NCBI GenBank assembly: GCA_034004365.1
Contig: JAVEWV010000009.1
Location: 29,637 to 93,636 of the forward strand
Length of the DNA: 64,000 nucleotides
Reading direction: 5' to 3'
DNA from: Phycisphaerales bacterium
GTDB lineage: Bacteria; Planctomycetota; Phycisphaerae; Phycisphaerales; UBA1924
Shown in pieces: positions 61,715-64,000 of the stretch (the first letter of the stretch is position 1; every line of letters starts with the position of its first letter). Made by a program: the position numbers and the translations under genes. The notes beneath the pieces are model-generated. The model saw only the letters and a list, made by a program, of their open reading frames with translations, was not told where the DNA came from and did no database searches.

Positions 61715-64000
61715 ATGCCGCGCACGCTCCGCACAATGCTCGTGCCCTCGGCGTGGTCGCTCGTGGTCCACGCGATGCTGCTCGCGCTGGTCGCGAGCGT
61801 GACGTGGCAGGTCGCCTCGCCTCGGCGCGCGCCCACGGAGGCGGCACTCTTCGACGATCCCGGCGCGATCGAGCCCGCGACGACCCTCGGCGCGCTTCCC
61901 GAACCGGGAGATATTCCAGCCCCAGCACAGGTCGCGCCCGCGCCGACGCCGATCGAGGTCGCCCCGCGCCCCCGCGGGAACGCGAGCGAGCTGCTCTCCA
62001 GCCCCTCGCGCGCAGCGGCTCCGGTGCCGCGCATCTCCCTCGTCGAGCCCGCGCCGAGCGGCGTGCGTTACGCGAGCATGCGCGCGGATCGTGCCGGACG
62101 CGTCGTGTTCCTTGTCGACGCGTCGGGCGCGATGACCACCAGCCTGAGCTTCGTGCTCGAGGAACTACAGCGATCGGTCGCACGCCTCGCGCCGTCGCAA
62201 CGCTTCGGCGTGGTGGTCTTCCGCGAGCGTCCCGCGACGAGCGGCCGCGCGTCCGAGGCCTTCGAGGCCTTCCGTATGGGCGACGCGACCATGCACGCGC
62301 CGACGCCCGCGACACGCCGCGCACTGGCGGAATGGATCTCCGCCCTTCGCCCCGAGGGGCGCAGCACCCCGATGGAAGGGCTCCGCGCGGCGCTCGCGAT
62401 GAAGCCCGACGCGGTGTTCCTGCTCGCGCGCAGCATCCCGCGATCGGGCGCGGAGCCCGCGTGGGGCCCGGGCATCAGCGCGATCCTCGCCGAGCTGGAC
62501 CGCCTGAATCCCGTCGATGATCGCACGGGCCTGCGACGCACCACGATCAAGGCGATCCAGTTCATCGACGAGGACCCGACCGGAACGATGCAGGCGATCG
62601 CCCGCGCGCACGGCAACGCGCCGGAGTCGTACCGCGTCATGACCATCGACGCGCTGGGGCGCGACGCCGCCGAAGCGGGCGCCGCAGAGCAGGCCGTTAC
62701 CGAAGCACCGCCCACACTGCGACGCGCCGACGCCGCGCTCGCGGAACTCGCTCAGCGCGGGCTCGACATCCGCGCGATGTTCGGCATCCTCCTGCCCAAC
62801 GAGCGGGACGACGTGCGTGCGCGTGCGACCGAGGCAGCGGAGCTCCTGCGCACGACACCACCAGCCGAAGGGTACGAGGACGCCAACACACTCCTGCTCG
62901 CGCGGGCCGACCTGCTCCTGGCGCTGTGCGACCATCGCGCAATCGATCTCTCCGCACTTACACGCGTGCGGGCGTCGCTCGAAGCCATGTCACCCGCCAC
63001 GCCGCGTGGCGACCCGGCGCGCTCGAGCATGATCGCGATCGCGGCACAGCGCGACGCCGACGCCCTCGCTCGCATCGCCGATGCGCGAACAGCGCTGCGG
63101 GCGTGGGAGGAATCTTCGGGATCGGAAGACGTCGCAGAGCGAGGATCGATCGAGGTGGAGATCGCACTCGCGTCCCTCGCCCATCGGACCACGAGCGATG
63201 CGGATCGACTTGCGGCACAACTGCGCGAGTCGAGTGCGGTTTCATCCGTCGTACTCGCGACAGCGATGACGCGTGCGATGCTCTTGCGGAGCGAGGCTCC
63301 AGAGCGGGCGCTTCGTCCCATCATCAGCCTCGCGGGTGACGCATCCGTGGGCAACACGCCGGAGGTGCGCGAATCGGTCACGAGCGCCCTGCTCGCGGAA
63401 GCCATCGACCCCACGTGGCCGCCCGAGCGTCTCCCGCGCGAGGCGATGCTCGCGCTGGCTTCGAGGCTCGAAAGCGAACGCCCGGACGAGGCCGCGCGCG
63501 TCCTGCTGCTCGCGCACGACACCAACCCGAGCGCACGCGCCGCCGCCGAGCTGTTGTGGCGTGCCGCAAGCTTGTTGGAACGCGGTGCGAACAACGACGA
63601 GTCACGCCTCGCCGCCGCACGAGTGCTCGCGAGAATCGCCATAGAGCATCCTGGCGACGCGCGAGCGGAGGAAGCGGTCAATGCGGCGGCCTCTCGCCTT
63701 GCTCCACTCGCAACGAACGAGTCCACGCGGGACGCCGCGGTACAAGCGTCCGCGCGGGCCGTCCTCGCCAATCTTCTTGACGAAACAATCGGGCGGTCTG
63801 CACCAAAGCCCTCCGCAGATCTCATGCTCCTTCGTGTAGAGTTGCTGCTCGACGATGACACCGCCGAGTCGCGAGCTCGCGCCGCCGCGATGCTCCGCAC
63901 ATTACCAACACGTCATGATCCGGACGAACACGCGCCGCGCGTGCTGTGGCTCGCGTCGCGCGCCTGCGAGTCGCCCACGACCAACGCGATCGACAAGGCG
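61715..64000 (+). CDS. membrane-anchored vWA-domain protein with long helical repeat region (3' end beyond the window)
   Basis: Not in the supplied ORF track. My translation from the ATG at 61715 stays open for 762 codons to nt 64000. N-terminal helix AWSLVVHAMLLALVASVTW, then a Pro-rich linker. vWA-like block RVVFLVDASGAMTTSLSFVLEELQRSVARLAPSQRFGVVVF...GRSTPMEGLRAALAMKPDAVFLLA. Then an Ala/Leu/Arg-rich helical region. Confidence 0.7.
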   Translation, partial: MPRTLRTMLVPSAWSLVVHAMLLALVASVTWQVASPRRAPTEAALFDDPGAIEPATTLGALPEPGDIPAPAQVAPAPTPIEVAPRPRGNASELLSSPSRAAAPVPRISLVEPAPSGVRYASMRADRAGRVVFLVDASGAMTTSLSFVLEELQRSVARLAPSQRFGVVVFRERPATSGRASEAFEAFRMGDATMHAPTPATRRALAEWISALRPEGRSTPMEGLRAALAMKPDAVFLLARSIPRSGAEPAWGPGISAILAELDRLNPVDDRTGLRRTTIKAIQFIDEDPTGTMQAIARAHGNAPESYRVMTIDALGRDAAEAGAAEQAVTEAPPTLRRADAALAELAQRGLDIRAMFGILLPNERDDVRARATEAAELLRTTPPAEGYEDANTLLLARADLLLALCDHRAIDLSALTRVRASLEAMSPATPRGDPARSSMIAIAAQRDADALARIADARTALRAWEESSGSEDVAERGSIEVEIALASLAHRTTSDADRLAAQLRESSAVSSVVLATAMTRAMLLRSEAPERALRPIISLAGDASVGNTPEVRESVTSALLAEAIDPTWPPERLPREAMLALASRLESERPDEAARVLLLAHDTNPSARAAAELLWRAASLLERGANNDESRLAAARVLARIAIEHPGDARAEEAVNAAASRLAPLATNESTRDAAVQASARAVLANLLDETIGRSAPKPSADLMLLRVELLLDDDTAESRARAAAMLRTLPTRHDPDEHAPRVLWLASRACESPTTNAIDKA

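Noticed and set aside
62752-63900. 382-aa minus-strand ORF and its neighbours (62068-62935, 61593-62324).
   Set aside because: Ser/Ala/Arg-rich shadows of the plus-strand vWA/helical-repeat ORF. That ORF has domain features and continues to the window edge.

Overview
The window is very GC-rich with a strong G/C third-position bias. That bias creates many long antisense shadow ORFs, and I discarded them. I read it as a bacterial chromosomal segment carrying dnaA and probably oriC. Its features fit a Planctomycetota/Phycisphaerae-like genome, though this is inference only. They are a prepilin-type H-X9-DG-like protein, many PEP-CTERM-like tails, Cys-bracketed dockerin-like tails, and GT-C glycosyltransferases.

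About 50 genes are supported.
- **Replication and repair:** dinB, holA, dnaE, recR, mutM, dnaA.
- **Proteostasis:** clpC, clpB.
- **Metabolism:** ggt, a class IV aminotransferase, ubiX, pyrB, gmk.
- **Regulation:** rpoN and an orphan FHA-GAF histidine kinase.
- **Glycan cluster (about 44.7-53.5 kb):** a UbiA-type polyprenyl-phosphate phosphoribosyltransferase, a methyltransferase, a GT-C-like membrane protein, gmd, a pyruvyl transferase, a flippase and a GT4-like enzyme.
- **Surface-protein region (53.7-64 kb):** secreted proteins plus one tRNA-Leu(UAG).

The most interesting material is the secreted-protein repertoire. Five proteins end in a P-A/L-P variant of the PEP-CTERM signal. Three unrelated proteins end in one shared ~57-aa Cys...GC dockerin-like module. 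One paralogue pair carries the same His-cluster passenger domain on the two different anchors. The dockerin-coding DNA is about 90% identical between two of the genes.

Other points:
- A 761-aa protein has four exact-period 147-bp repeats (a beta-helix-like array) and a C-terminal membrane domain.
- A DnaA-box cluster sits in the 515-bp mutM/dnaA gap.
- A 676-bp non-coding region lies upstream of clpB.
- A long vWA-domain ORF runs off the right edge and is missing from the supplied ORF track.

I saw no rRNA, CRISPR array, transposase, integrase or phage genes. Start codons of many genes are my choice among alternatives and may be off by a few codons.
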